Positions 1 through 12,654 of a stretch of 64,000 nt of DNA are shown here, in pieces. A program made the translations under genes and the position numbers. The notes beneath the pieces were generated by a model. It searched no databases and was not told where the DNA came from. It saw nothing but the letters and a program-made list of their open reading frames with translations. Positions within the stretch are counted from its first letter, which is position 1; the number at the start of each line of letters is the position of its first letter. The DNA is from Lingula anatina (lineage: Eukaryota; Animalia; Brachiopoda), in the NCBI GenBank assembly GCA_051362555.1, contig CM120643.1, forward strand, positions 3,038,001 to 3,102,000, in the 5' to 3' direction.

Positions 1-1818
1 GGGTTGGGTTTGGCAAAGCTGTGAAAGTAAACGTATGTGGTCGGTGCCGTCTATGCTTCAGAGGGCAGCAAAACACGAAAACCAGTGAACTAGAATTTTG
101 AAGAAGGGGGCACCCTTAAATCAGAAAAACTATGATTCATGGCTATATTCATAATCACAGTTGATAACAGGAAGCCGGTGGACTAGAAAGTAAATGAAGG
201 CAGACACGCTAAAGAAAAAGATTTACGGTATTTTTCTAAATACGATTACGAGTAGAGTTGAGCATCGACACTCCCTCTTGCTTTATGATAAACAGTAGTC
301 CGCACTGCATCCGAGGACAGCGAAAATATGCTCAGTTCTGGGTACGTTACTCCGACATAGTTGACCATACCTCTATTGACAAAGCTCTATTGAGTCACAA
401 ATACAGTTTTAGAATCGTATCACAAGATACGTATACTTGTAAGCAATTATTTGACGACTAGCGTAAAATGTCTTTTTTCAGTCCTTATTTAATTACCAAT
501 TTTTAAGGGAAATTAAGAGAAAAATTCATTATTTTTTTTTAAACAAAAATATTTTTATATACAAAAAATATCAAACTGTTAATCATAATGTTAATAAAAA
601 ATATTTTAAAAATCCATTTTGTTGCAGAAAGAAAAAATCGAGGTTAATAATTTTTATGGATTTTGAAAAAATATATGGAAGTTAGTCATTACGAACAGAC
701 AAATCAGTTGTGACTTAAACCCGGGGAAAGTGCAGTTGGAACTGACATCAGTTAGTGACAAACGGATGGAACGAGAATTCTTATTTCCTTATAAAAATAT
801 TTAGTTGATCAGTCAGAATCAATATCTATTGCTATTTGTGTTTCATCGTTCTTTTTAATTTTTTTCTTTCAATTTAAGATCTAAAATAATGCATTCACGT
901 ATCTCTCTTGGAGATAAAGATTATAACGACAAAAATTGTACATTAAAATTTAATATTTTGAAAAAATATGAAGGCGATACAATGGTGAATCAATAGGAGC
1001 AAATATATAGATTTTTGTCTCAGCTATTTTCAATTAATATTGTAATATTCCCAAGCAATGCACTGCGGTTCTTATTATAAATTAGCAAAGCTTAAATTCA
1101 ACATGGCAAATAAAATCTAGAACAATACAATATATTTGAATGTCTTCCAAGACACATGGCAATTTCAGACAAAAATTAATTCCAGCAAGAACATATTTTA
1201 GACGGATTCACTAGCTTCACATTTCATTACAAAATAAAAATTTCAAGCAAATATACACCTTTTGTCTTCCGAACTCGGATATATTTTTTATTTCAAAAAA
1301 AAAAAAAATATATCTGGTGTGTTCGCATACAGGACCAATAAATCGATAGCGATTCTGTCAAGTGACGCCATAACTCGGTCTGTTGAATTTAAAGTGAACG
1401 GCAGCAGTCTCAGTCATTGGGACATCGATCGTCTGCACGCTCCGCGAGATTCTATATAGAATCAAAAGCGGGGCGCTCAGAGTAAAGAAACGCGACCAAA
1501 GACCTCTGCAGATAATATGCGATTTATACGCCGGTTATCATTTGAGAGGAAGACCGCGTTCTTGATTCATTTAACCCTGATCATATCCCGTAGACAAGCC
1601 GGCGGCAAAACGCAAATCTTAGCCAAGTGTAAACTTTCGTGAAAGGCTTGCCCTTTTATCTGTGTCCTAGTGAGCTTACGGCAGATTGGTCGGCGAGTCC
1701 CATTATAATCTATAGATTTAGCCCGGGGGTTATGGAAATAATATTGATCTTTTTTTTTTCAACTATATTTTAAAGAATAAAAAATGACTTTGTACCTTTA
1801 ACCAGTCACTTCATTGCT

Positions 1819-1824
1819 TTTATT
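1819..1824 (-). terminator. candidate poly(A) signal (AATAAA) of KCTD1/15-like gene
   Basis: AATAAA on minus strand ~1.45 kb past the stop codon, followed by U-rich sequence; other AATAAA copies exist so the choice is tentative. Confidence 0.3.
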
Positions 1825-3278
1825 TAGGGTGGGATTGGCAGGGCCCACTTTTCTACAGGAAGGTTTCTTTACAATTACAACGGTAAAGGCAATCATCATT
1901 TTTTGTTCCTTTTTGTCACTCACTTTTGTCTTCCCTTTTATCAAAAAGTACATAGCATGTGATAAAAAATATTATTTTGGAGAAACAGTTACAACACGAT
2001 TGGATTTTTAATGAAACCAAACAAATACAAAATAAGTTTGCACTTTCCACAAGAATTTTAAAAAAACTTCGGGAATAACACTTCTTTCCCAGACTGTGTT
2101 CTTTTTATACACGCTTCATAATACGCCTTCAGAGGATTAACAGGGTTTTACTTCGACCTTCGATTATGAAATAATCCAGTTCGAACCGAGAAAGACAAGT
2201 CATGACGTCATCACTCCGGAGTATTACATACATCATAACAATAGCATTCTTAACAAAACCTATGGTGTTTAACAACAAAGTTCACTGAACAGACGCCTGC
2301 GTTCTTCAGTTTAAGCCCTAGCATCCTTCCTCTCCCTGAGGCCGGCGTCATTACCTCCCTTACATTTCCAACGAGCTGTGGATTAAATTAATGCGTCCAT
2401 GGCCGTAATGTTAGTAGCGCCTGCGGGGAAGGCACCAACTTGAACTTTTTCATTAGAGAGAGCAATCAGGAGGACGCAACGGGGCTGAAACTAAAAGAAC
2501 GCAGCGCATTACGTTACTCTTGTGTAACTCAAGCCCATAAAGCATAAAGCAAGGAGAAAGCATATGTTTCACAAAATCAACAATACGTAACAAATCTAAA
2601 CATTACTCATAGGGTAAACTAAAAGAGAAATAATTTAGGAGAATGGGGGGAAAAAATGCCGGTTGCGGGCGGTTGTTATTGATGTCTTTCTCCGAGGGCA
2701 TATTTTTTCCACATGATGCCTTCAAGGCAGGCTGCACAGAAGGAGACGGTACCTAAGCAGTCTCTATCCGTCGTCCCATCTTCGGGCAAAATAACTCAGG
2801 CAATGGCAATATATATATGTATGAGGACTATAACATAAGATTTTATATCGCGTACGCCGTCACTTTTTACGACTCCTCTTACGGCCTTAAGGATATTCTT
2901 TCTTAGCCCTTAGAGCACGCTCGCTGTCGAGTGCCTGGCCGGCTTTGCACCAGAGACCGTTCGTGTAAGTTATCGCTCGGGATTAATAAAGAAAAACGAC
3001 ATAAAACATCTACAGGCTAAATAGAAAAGAACACATATTTTTGGAACGGCTCCGCCTTGGGCAAAGTAGCAAGACTTGAGGTTTATATGATGCTGGCCTT
3101 TCTACTGTCTTCATATAAAATATGGTTCTATGTACAACTGCCCTAGGCAGCGGGAAAGGGAAAAAGAGTGAAAAAAACCTCACTTGTCATACTAATTATA
3201 CAGTGTGTGAATAAATGTAGGTTTAAAATAAGCATGGGTCTTTTTTTTTTCATTTTTCTTTCGGGGTAGATTTCACTG

Positions 3279-3849
3279 TCAAGATTTCGACTGTCGAAGA
3301 AGTAGATATTCGCTGAATTGTTGTCCTTCAACTCCACCTCCGGTGGACGCCGTGATGTTAAACCCGTAATGGATGAGTCTCTGTAAAACTTGTAGTGAAT
3401 TTAGCTTGCAGAACCCGTTCACGGGGAAACGAATCACAAATCTATTGTCCAAATTCCAGCCCGAGTTCCTTCCGTCTTCCAGGGCCGAATTCAACTCGGG
3501 GAAAATCTCATCCAGCAGCGCGCGCTCGGCGCTCAGACACACGCGCTCGCCCAACTCGGGGCTGATGTGCACGGCAACGCAGTCGCATTTCTCTTTCCGC
3601 TTCTGCCTCTCTTTGCGGTGCGTCTCCACGGCCTTGGTGAGGGGGGCGATGTCGTAGTAGCGCACCTCCTCGTGAAGCAGTTCCCACTCCGTGAAATCAT
3701 CCGGCAGCACGAGCTGAGACGTGCGGAGAAAGTTCAGAACGTGTCTGAAAATTTTCCCATCCCGATCAATGAAATAGTGCTGTTTCAGGCTATCCAGGAT
3801 GATGGGAATACTGCCATTAAACATTCTTCCAAGTCGGGAGTCAGGGTAT
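3279..3849 (-). CDS. KCTD15: KCTD1/KCTD15-like BTB/POZ protein, last coding exon (rest of T1-type BTB plus C-terminal domain)
   Basis: Acceptor ctatttcag|A TAC CCT; encodes YPDSRLGRMFNGSIPIILDSLKQHYFIDRDG...FRHVLNFLR...GGGVEGQQFSEYLL, typical of KCTD1/15; phase 2 matches upstream exon; invertebrate gene is likely co-orthologous to KCTD1 and KCTD15. Confidence 0.93.
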
Positions 3850-5480
3850 CTGAAATAGAAGAAGGTGTATTCTGATGAAGTGACATTACCCCCGAGCCTT
3901 TCTCAACAGACGATACGTTTTTCCATTTGCAATTAAAGCCCGAGGAAACGATTTCTTAAGAATAGCCCTGTGTGCGTTTTCCACCGGGCTTTGTGCGTTA
4001 GGTTTTTCAGGCTCATTTTCCTATATTAGATGTTCCAGCGGTGGCATTATGTGTATTATGTTGGGTGACTTGGTTCTAAGCCAATTTCACCTTAGGGAAC
4101 CGCGAAGCTCATTCGAATTAGGCAAGGTGTTTTTCTCTGAAATATGGTCTGCACTTTTACATTATTTAATTATGATAATTCTTCGTTTTCAGCCTACAGC
4201 GATGTAACGTTATAAAAGAAATTGATCTTCGGACGAAGGAAAATGTGGAGGCGCTTTGATACTTGGCGAAATAACAATCAATTTTCCTATCCCCGCTAGG
4301 CGAAAAATACTTGTTATTGTGTTTCATTTTTAAACTGAAATCGATTCGTTTAAATTTTACGTGTGGGCTAAGTCGGCGACTAAGCATCTTCTTTGCTTCG
4401 GTTCAATTTAATAAAAGACGCAATGAAGGTATAATAGAACCAATAGGTCCATCGGATTTAAAGAGGGACTCCAGTCAAGCGGCGGTATTGGGCACGAAGG
4501 GACAGGGCCGAGGGCGCTTAAACCTCGGTGGCATGGGTTGCAGAGGGGGCGTAAACAACGCAGCGCAAGAAACGTGAGAAAGCCTATGAAAAGCTCGGGT
4601 CATGGCTAGGGGGCGCAAGCTCCAGTATCCGCGTCTTTTCCAAAGCTGAATAAATAGCCGCAAGAACAGGATTACTGTGCAAACTGAAGTAATTGCGAAT
4701 CTGCCATCTAGCCAGCCCGAGGCTTTTCTAATATTCATCCCATTTGGCTGGCCCGGCTGCCTTTCGGTGTTGAGCTGAACGAACGAGTAGACAAGCTTTT
4801 CAAAAAGCTTTCTGCTTTACAATACAATCTCCTCCCTCAGTTTTCAATAAGATCCAGCCACGGCTATATCGGTTTCTATTGACTTCTTTGTTATTATTAC
4901 GTGCTCCGTGCAGCGAATGAAGCGCCTCGGGACACGCCAGGAATTGTTGAAATCGACTAACTGAGATACTCTCTACCTTTTCCCCCTTCAACAACCCGAT
5001 AAAATAATTGGAACTATTTTTTCTCATCGCGTCTGCTTGTTAAATAAAGTTGTTGCTAAAACTGCGCGCGGTTGCTTCATTTAAACAATCCCGGAGCTTT
5101 TGTCAAACAAACATTACCTGTGAGTTGATCATATTACGTTCGCTCTTACGGTTAATTTTGCGTCATCTATTGATGAGTTCAAGTGGAATAGAAACATTTA
5201 AATGCGATTCGAAGAGAGGGGAGAAACTGAAAAGCAAGGCCAACACAACCAAATGCCGCGTTTTGCCCACTGGGCGAAGGAACCCCTTGTTTGCATTACG
5301 TGGGAGAATGCAACACTTTTAATATAAGGCAAATACGTAAAATAAACTACGCCCCTTGTAAGGTTTTCTTATGCCTCACCATCGAATCGGAATAGTTAAC
5401 TCCTTAATAAAGTGTGCGGAGAAAGGGGGGGACGCGATGGAATGTGATACTGCCAATGGAAGAGAAATAGATAAACAGTG

Positions 5481-5484
<4 letters not shown>

Positions 5485-5520
<36 letters not shown>
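5485..5520. repeat. (AG)n microsatellite
   Basis: perfect AG run within a purine-rich tract. Confidence 0.95.
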
Positions 5521-5527
<7 letters not shown>

Positions 5528-6452
5528 AAGGAAAGAGAGAGAGAAAAAAGGAGAGAGAAAGCAAGAGAGAGAGAAACTTCAAGGAAGGGCTCGGGAGTAA
5601 CGCGTTGGTTTTTTATCAGTGTTTTATCGAAAGGTCGCGAAATTTGAGCCAGACTACGTTTCTTCTGGGTAAATTAACGGTTTGGCATGGCACTGCATTG
5701 TGATGCATCTGTCAGTGTTCACTAGCCTGGGGGCCATAGATGACTCAACCCCACGGGGAAAGTTGGAATCGGAAAGGAAATATCCCGATAGGTGACCGAT
5801 TGTTATCCTGGCGTCTTCGTTCACATAGTTTTTTTTAAATATTTTTATTTCATTAGAATAATTAGTATTTCACCACATTGTAGAATTGGTTGAGCTATTC
5901 TGGACTTTCTTACATTAAGTAGATTCATTGTTGCAATTTAGAAATCATCGGCACTAACTACAATCCAAACATTAAGATTAAATTTTTTCCAGCAAAGTTT
6001 CACAATCTTAGAAGTTGATCTGCCATCGGCGCCTCTCGTTTTATTACCATTCAATTCATCTCTAAGAAGAACGTGTACGTTTCAATGATATTATTTGGAC
6101 TTGAGGGAAAAAAAGGCAACAAAAACTACGGCAATCTATCAAATAACGGCGCGGATGTGGTTTCACCGCTTTAGGCAATATAAACGATTCAGAAAACAAA
6201 ATTAATTTGAATTGAAATGGAATGGAACCCGGACAAACATCTGAAATTTTTGAAAATAGGAGACGTGCTTGGAGTTTTTTTTTTCTTTAAGAGAGAGTAC
6301 ATTCCCAAAAAATAACATAAAATACTCAAAAGCTACATTGGTATTGGATCAGTTTCAAATACAATCAAAAATTCATTCAAAAAAAATTAACCCAACAAAA
6401 TATTTTAATTAATTTTCCTCTTTCAGAAAGTGGTTGAGTCACCCCCTCCAAA

Positions 6453-6610
6453 CACACACACACATATACGTACTGACACACACACATACACACACATACA
6501 TACACACGTACACACACACATACATAAACACTCACACACATACATACACACACATACATACACACGTACACGTACACACACATACATACACACGCACACA
6601 CACACACACT
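6453..6610. repeat. compound (CA)n/(CATA)n microsatellite
   Basis: directly visible. Confidence 0.95.
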
Positions 6611-6894
6611 CTTACCAAAGGCATTAAAATTAGCCAAAACGAAATAAACCCTTAAAATAATCCTTAAAATCACATCTTATACGCTCACTGTATTTTTACA
6701 AAAATAACCTCAGTCTAACTTTTGTCAGTAACCAGAAATTAAATAAAAAAGAAGGCATTATTTTTTTTTAATATACCAATCATTTACACACCGATCCCTT
6801 GGTTTATTTTTCAGCATTGCTGTAGACGACATCGGTTTTGTAATTCGATAAAAGAGCATCTTTAAAAAAATTGTAAAATTGACCTTTAACTTAC

Positions 6895-7230
6895 TTTGTC
6901 AGCGTTTCCAGCGATGACGTGTAGATCGAACCCCCAACGTCGATGTGGACCGGGGCCGTGTAACGCGTCGGGGTCGCGGGGCAGGGGACGCCAGAGATCT
7001 TCATATGTGGGGAGTAAAACCCAGCGCTGTGGTTGGACACGGGCGAGGGACTCCCTCCGGATAAAGCCGGCGACGGGGACGTCTTAAAAGCCGTGACGTT
7101 GGTGGCTATAATCTGGTAACCCCCCGTAACTTTCTTCTCTCCGCCGCTGTCAACTGGGGCGCTTGCCGTCGGAGAGGAGGACATGGCTGGATGGTGAAAT
7201 GGAGTGGGGACCTTCAGTTTGGCGGCAGGC
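6895..7230 (-). CDS. KCTD15: KCTD1/KCTD15-like exon (Ser/Pro-rich N-terminus and start of BTB)
   Basis: Acceptor ttcacacag|G, donor AA|gtaagt; encodes [33 protein letters not shown], joining in frame to YPDSRL. Confidence 0.92.
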
Positions 7231-7513
7231 CTGTGTGAAAAAATAACAAGCAGAGAGGGCAATTAATGATTAAGTCGGCTAGAAGTTTTCCCTCAGGTCT
7301 GTTTTTATAAACCTAACAGGCAGACTCGAAAGAGAGCGCGGGATGCAACAAAAATTGCGTAATTTCACCTTAACCTGTAAGTCGTTAGCCGTACCTGCTT
7401 CAACCTCACATAAGAAGTTTTAAAGCACTTACATAAAGACATTGACAAGGAAAATACCATCGCTTCAAACCACTCGGGGGGAAAACAGACACAAAAAACG
7501 GGGGAATATTTAC

Positions 7514-7566
7514 TTGGGGAAAATATCCGATACTGCCGCAGCCCCCACGTTGACTTTCAGCAACAT
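7514..7566 (-). CDS. candidate first coding exon of KCTD1/15-like gene (MLLKVNVGAAAVSDIFPK)
   Basis: ATG at 7566, donor AA|gtaaat in phase 2, in frame with the 6895-7230 exon. Confidence 0.5.
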
Positions 7567-8014
7567 TTCACAGTACCACGCGCGTAGTATATATACAAAG
7601 TGGATACTAGGAACATAGGGCCACTTGGCTCTGGCGGTACGTTCTTCCTTAGGGGATGGGCGTAGCCCTGCCGGTTGTTTTAACAACAGTCTCTCTGTAG
7701 TCAGTCCTCCAACCGTTAACAACTGTCTGAATTAACGAGTGATATTATCTCATGGCTGTTGATAGGGTATGCAAATCAGCCCACATGGCAGGTGCATTAC
7801 AATGGCGCAGTATGCATCAGCGCTGAGCTCAGGTCTTGTTACACGCCCCCGGGGGACGTGCTGTTTGCAACCTATAATTTCCACGTGCCGCTTGGGGGAC
7901 AAGTTCCCCGAGATGAGAAGAAATGGCGGCCTAAGTAGAAGAAACACTGACAGCAAGGAGGGCAAACAGTTATTTACTTCTTTGCTTTCCCCTTGTCTTC
8001 CATTTGATTCATCA

Positions 8015-8017
<3 letters not shown>

Positions 8018-8059
<42 letters not shown>
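8018..8059. repeat. (CT)n microsatellite
   Basis: directly visible. Confidence 0.95.
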
Positions 8060-8062
<3 letters not shown>

Positions 8063-8847
8063 AAAACAATGCCGGATAAACAATACAATTTCCATATATT
8101 CCACCAATTTAATTGAGACAGTTTTTACAAAAGCTCGTGGCCAATCATTCGATAAACAATACAATGTTATCCCTGCCCCAGGGGAATCGGGCGACTGAAT
8201 CAACCTAATCTCCCAGCCTTTCCACCGTGGCACTCGCTGGGTCTGAGTAGCCTGTGGATCATAATACGCTCATTATCGAGAAGAAAACATAAAATACCGG
8301 CTGTAATAGCATACATGTTGCCCCCAACCACTCCGTATCGATCCCAGTGTTAGGAGAAATGCCTCACCGCTATATGACCTTTCACTATGATAAATCTACT
8401 TCTATGGTCAATTTACTAAGACAAAGGCTGCTTAAGTCAGCCTCGGCGAGCTTTTGGTCCAATCACTGATTTACAATTTCGTCACTGTCTTCGGCACGTA
8501 CTACGCGTGCTTCATGTCGCCGTGGTTTCACAGCGATTAACGTCATATGGGCAGCACGCGCATGGTAACGCCGTGTCGTTGTTCCCATTTTCGACCGTCC
8601 GCGTTCCATGCAACAGTTTGTTTTGTGCTTTACCATATTCTCAAGAAAAACAACCTCAGTAAACCACCACACATGCTGTTTATTCCGTGAAACTCAAGTG
8701 TCATTCTTTCAATAATCTGATAACACGGGGTCAGAACTAACAGATTTACGCAGATGAGTCTTACTACGTCTCCTCGTCTTTTCTGACGGCCACGTTAACG
8801 TGGTTCTCAGCGTCTACCACAACAACTCACCTTCGTACGTTACTCAC

Positions 8848-8879
8848 AATTTAGGTGAATCACAGACGCCTAAACTCAT
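8848..8879 (-). CDS. candidate alternative first coding exon (MSLGVCDSPKL)
   Basis: ATG at 8879, donor TT|gtgagt in phase 2, just downstream of the ETS/YY1 motif cluster. Confidence 0.35.
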
Positions 8880-8974
8880 CTCGGCTCGGGCAAGAATTTC
8901 CCTGGTTTCTCCCACTAGCTCCGCAAGCTCGTAGTCCTTCTTATTCGCTCTGCTGCCTGTAACTTACTGAACGC

Positions 8975-9030
8975 AATCATAATGGCGCGGCAAGGGCTTT
9001 GACTTCCGGCTCACGCCTCAGGGCAAATTA
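8975..9030 (-). promoter_or_regulatory. candidate promoter of KCTD1/15-like gene
   Basis: CCGGAAGT (ETS, minus strand 9002-9009), AATGGCG (YY1-like, 8981) and GCCTCAGGG (AP-2-like, 9015) clustered in a CpG-rich stretch upstream of two strong splice donors (8847, 8830). Confidence 0.4.
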
Positions 9031-10898
9031 ATATTTGTATTTGGCGCGGACCAGAGGATCGATTAACGTCACCTGGCGACGTCTAGCGGGAGACAGGCAA
9101 ACGACGGTATACTCTTGGGATGTAAATGGGTGAGTTTTCTTGGGGAGGGGCGGCCTAATACAAATTTCGAAATAATTATGTAAATTTCTGAATGTTTTAT
9201 CGTCACTTTTGACTCTCACACGTGAAAATAGATAAAGACTAAAAGGTGCTAAGTAGCTATTTATGCATTATGAATTTAATCATAATTTCATGTTATCAAA
9301 TTGAAGTTGTGTTCGATCAGTGATTAGATGTCACTGATCGTCAGTTGCGCTTCAAGGTTGTATTATTATAATAGATGTCGATTTGAGCGCCACGCATGCG
9401 CAACAGGTGTGTTCAGACAGGGAATATTTTAGAACGGAAACTGGGCTAACAGAAGAAGACCTGGGTTTTGAGAAGCCATCGTAAATATAGCTAAAAAGAA
9501 ATTATGAATCATCCCGGAAACTTCAGCAAATTTCCCCGTATGACCAAGCTATAGCATACTACAAGCAATAGTTGGAATTTTTTTGTGATTAAGAGAGAGA
9601 AGTATTGGCATTTCCCAGAAAATTAATATTATGCTATATAAAGGTATAACGGTTATTCTGTGCCCTTTAACTTACTTTGTAGATTCAGAATCATTATTTT
9701 AATTAGCCTCTTCAAACTAAATGCAGATTTAACGAACAAACTTTTGAATGGAAAATTCATTCGCTAAGGAAAAGTCTTAAGTCAACCCTTTTGAGGTTGC
9801 AATAGACCTCGAATGCGTGGGAGGTTTTAATTGAGGAAAATACTTGATAAATAAAGATATTGATTGCTTTTTTGGCACTTTGAAGTTTAATATCCAAAGT
9901 CCCAAAGTCAGTTTCAGTTTTCCAATTCATTAAAAGTACTAAAATCAAACGCACTTTTGAGGTCAGTCTTTCTTTCGATTTCGTTTGGTCACGCCCATAT
10001 TTTTTGCCATGTGGTTCAACAAACCTGATCTTAAAATTCCGGTATTATTTTTTCAACGAATTCATGTAAATGATGTAAACCCGGTGAGCTTAAGTCAGGT
10101 ATCGTTAATCAATCATAAAAAGACAATCTTTGGTACAAATAGTTTTAAAAACTACCCCATTTGTTATTCACCTAGTTCACCCGTCCAGGTTTAGCTCCAC
10201 GCCTTTTTGCATGTATAATTCCGTCATTCGTGGTTGGGGTGTGGCGAGTTGAACAGAAACTTTAAAAAAACAATATACGTCAATTGTATCACCTTCCTTA
10301 ATCTTTTTTATGCTCCTACAGTTTGGTGCGAAGAAGGAAATACACCCTTTTTATTTTTCACTATTTTGCCGTTTTCCAACTCAAGTAACAGAAAGGATGG
10401 ATTTGTGGCACCCTTTTGCGGAAACAAGGAAAACAAAGAAAGCAAATGAGAAGAAAAAAAGAAACTTTTGATACCTATTTCACTTGAGGTGGTTTATTGG
10501 ATTTCGGATTTTACATCCCCTTTTGATATCGATCCCCACATTGGCATTATTATTTTCTGGGAAACCAACAGGGAAGGGGGAGCGGTAGTATTGAAATATG
10601 CCGCTGGCCCTGATACCGTGGACCCATCCCAACATTTGTTCTTCTAAAACTTTAATGACTTTTGCGGCGATTTTTTCATTCATCGTCATGTTACGTGAAC
10701 TTAGAGATCTTCAGGCGTTCACTAGGGCGTCATTAAACACAAGGACGAACGCAATCGATGGGGTTATCATCCATGTGGGATCTGGGGCGAGTCCTTGGAG
10801 TCGTCTGGTGCTCTGAAACACTCCTTTGGGGGCCGTTCGTGGCGCCACCTTCCCTCCCAGGAAGAGACCTAGTTTTGACGCCCCCTGTGTCAGAAATG

Positions 10899-11151
10899 GA
10901 GGGGCGCATCCAGGATTATTTGAAGGGGGTCCGCGGACGCACCCCCCCCCCCTTGGGTGGGGTTCAGGGCCTTAAGGGCCTAGAAAAAATATGGTATTTT
11001 AGTGGGCAAACGTTGCCTTTTGGTACCGCTTAGAACTATGATTCAGCCAGTCAAAATTCTAATTTCAAGAGGGGTCCATTGATATGAATTTTTTCAGAAA
11101 TTGAAGGGGGGTCAGGACCCCCCTAACACCCCCCCCCTAAATCCGCCACTG
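10899..11151. mobile_element. non-autonomous TIR element (CAGGGGCGGAT...ATCCGCCACTG family), copy 1
   Basis: Collinear similarity to 15444-15749; terminal inverted repeats; imperfect 5-bp flanks aaatg/gaatg. Confidence 0.75.
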
Positions 11152-11858
11152 GAATGGAGTCCCCCCAAAACAGTAGTCCGCTTCCCAGTACTTTGCACAA
11201 GTGATATTAAACGTCCCCGAAACTTCATCTAACTCTAACATTTACTAACCCTATGAGAGATAACGGGTAACTCAAACTCATGTTACAGATCTGGACAGCG
11301 CTCCTCTTCTATTACAGTCATACAGGACAGGGTTAGTGTGACGTCAGTGGGCCAAAATGTAGGACGTGGCCTACCTGTACAAATCAATCAGTATCGGGTA
11401 CTATATTACGGGGTCTTTCATATGTTGGTTATAAACTTTAAACAAATTATTGTATGTAGCATTTTTTTTTCATATTTTGTACTTCTTATATATGGAAACA
11501 AACATGTTTCAAATATGTTTGTACACGTGCGTAGAATAGTAGTAACAGCAGCGGTGGTATAGGTAGAAGATTTTTAGCTTCTTTATTGTAGTAGAATTTA
11601 TTAACCTGACATGTGAAGTAAGTATACGTACAAATCACTCGGTCTCATTTTATATAGTTTTTATGAGTTTGTAGCTAGAACAAGATTACCCTGAAAAGCC
11701 TAGTGTGAAAATGGTCATACTGCAGAAAAAACGTAAATGCCAACACGGTATAAAAAATATGTATATCGTGATCAGTGTTTCTTTGTCATTTATAAATCAT
11801 CATTTCTTTGTAAGTAGAAGATGAAGGACAAATGGCCGACCTGGTGACTATCAAGAGC

Positions 11859-12126
11859 TCCCCTGCGAAATTGTGTGTCATTTAAAGGTCACTTACGGTT
11901 CTCACTCTGACCTAGAACATAATGTTTTTCCCTTTTTATGAAAAATATACTTAATCTGTTCTAGAACATTCTAAAGGACTTCCCCAAAACAGTTCTCGAA
12001 CTGTTATATTCATTACAGAACAACATTAGAACTGTCAAAAAAAAAAGAAAAAAAATACACCAAATATTCTAGAATAGCTTGAGAACCGTAAGTGAACGTT
12101 AAATGAGACAAAATTTTCGCAGGGGA
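11859..12126. mobile_element. MITE with ~47 bp TIRs (TCCCCTGCGAAA...TTTCGCAGGGGA)
   Basis: Inverted termini including cacttacggttctca/tgagaaccgtaagtg; internal (T)TCTAGAAC motifs; no clear TSD so superfamily unassigned. Confidence 0.75.
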
Positions 12127-12597
12127 TTTTCTGAGGCCCAGGCACTATCACCCTCTTCCAGGGCTGCAGCTATTATTCTTTGGACATTTTTGCTGAGGCA
12201 GAGATCAGCCATCTATTTAACCAAAGACATACCTGTGAATATCCAGTGAAACATCAATCTATGGCCCTGGTAGAGGGTACATCAACACTCGGAATCCGAG
12301 GACAGTCATTCACCCTAAAACTGGACCCAGTGTTGGACGGGCAGTCCCTGGAGTGAAGCGCCGTCCAGGCTTTATAAGCAGATTAGGCGTTTACTAACAC
12401 TACCCGCAGATCTTTTAGCACTAACACTCATATTAACTACATAACCCAATTTTATAATATTTGTCAATTAACTGGATATTCGGAAAAAAGCTGGATCATC
12501 AAAGTTTCATGGCCTAGCGATTTTCTGAAGACGTTTAGACCCTCCCCGATGTTAGGCCCACAAATCATGACTTTTACTCTCAGATCAAATGTAGCGA

Positions 12598-12653
<56 letters not shown>
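12598..12653. repeat. (AAT)n microsatellite
   Basis: directly visible. Confidence 0.95.

Positions 12654-12654
<1 letters not shown>

Noticed and set aside
6377-6673. ORFs rich in C/V/Y or H/T
   Set aside because: Translations of a CA/TA microsatellite.
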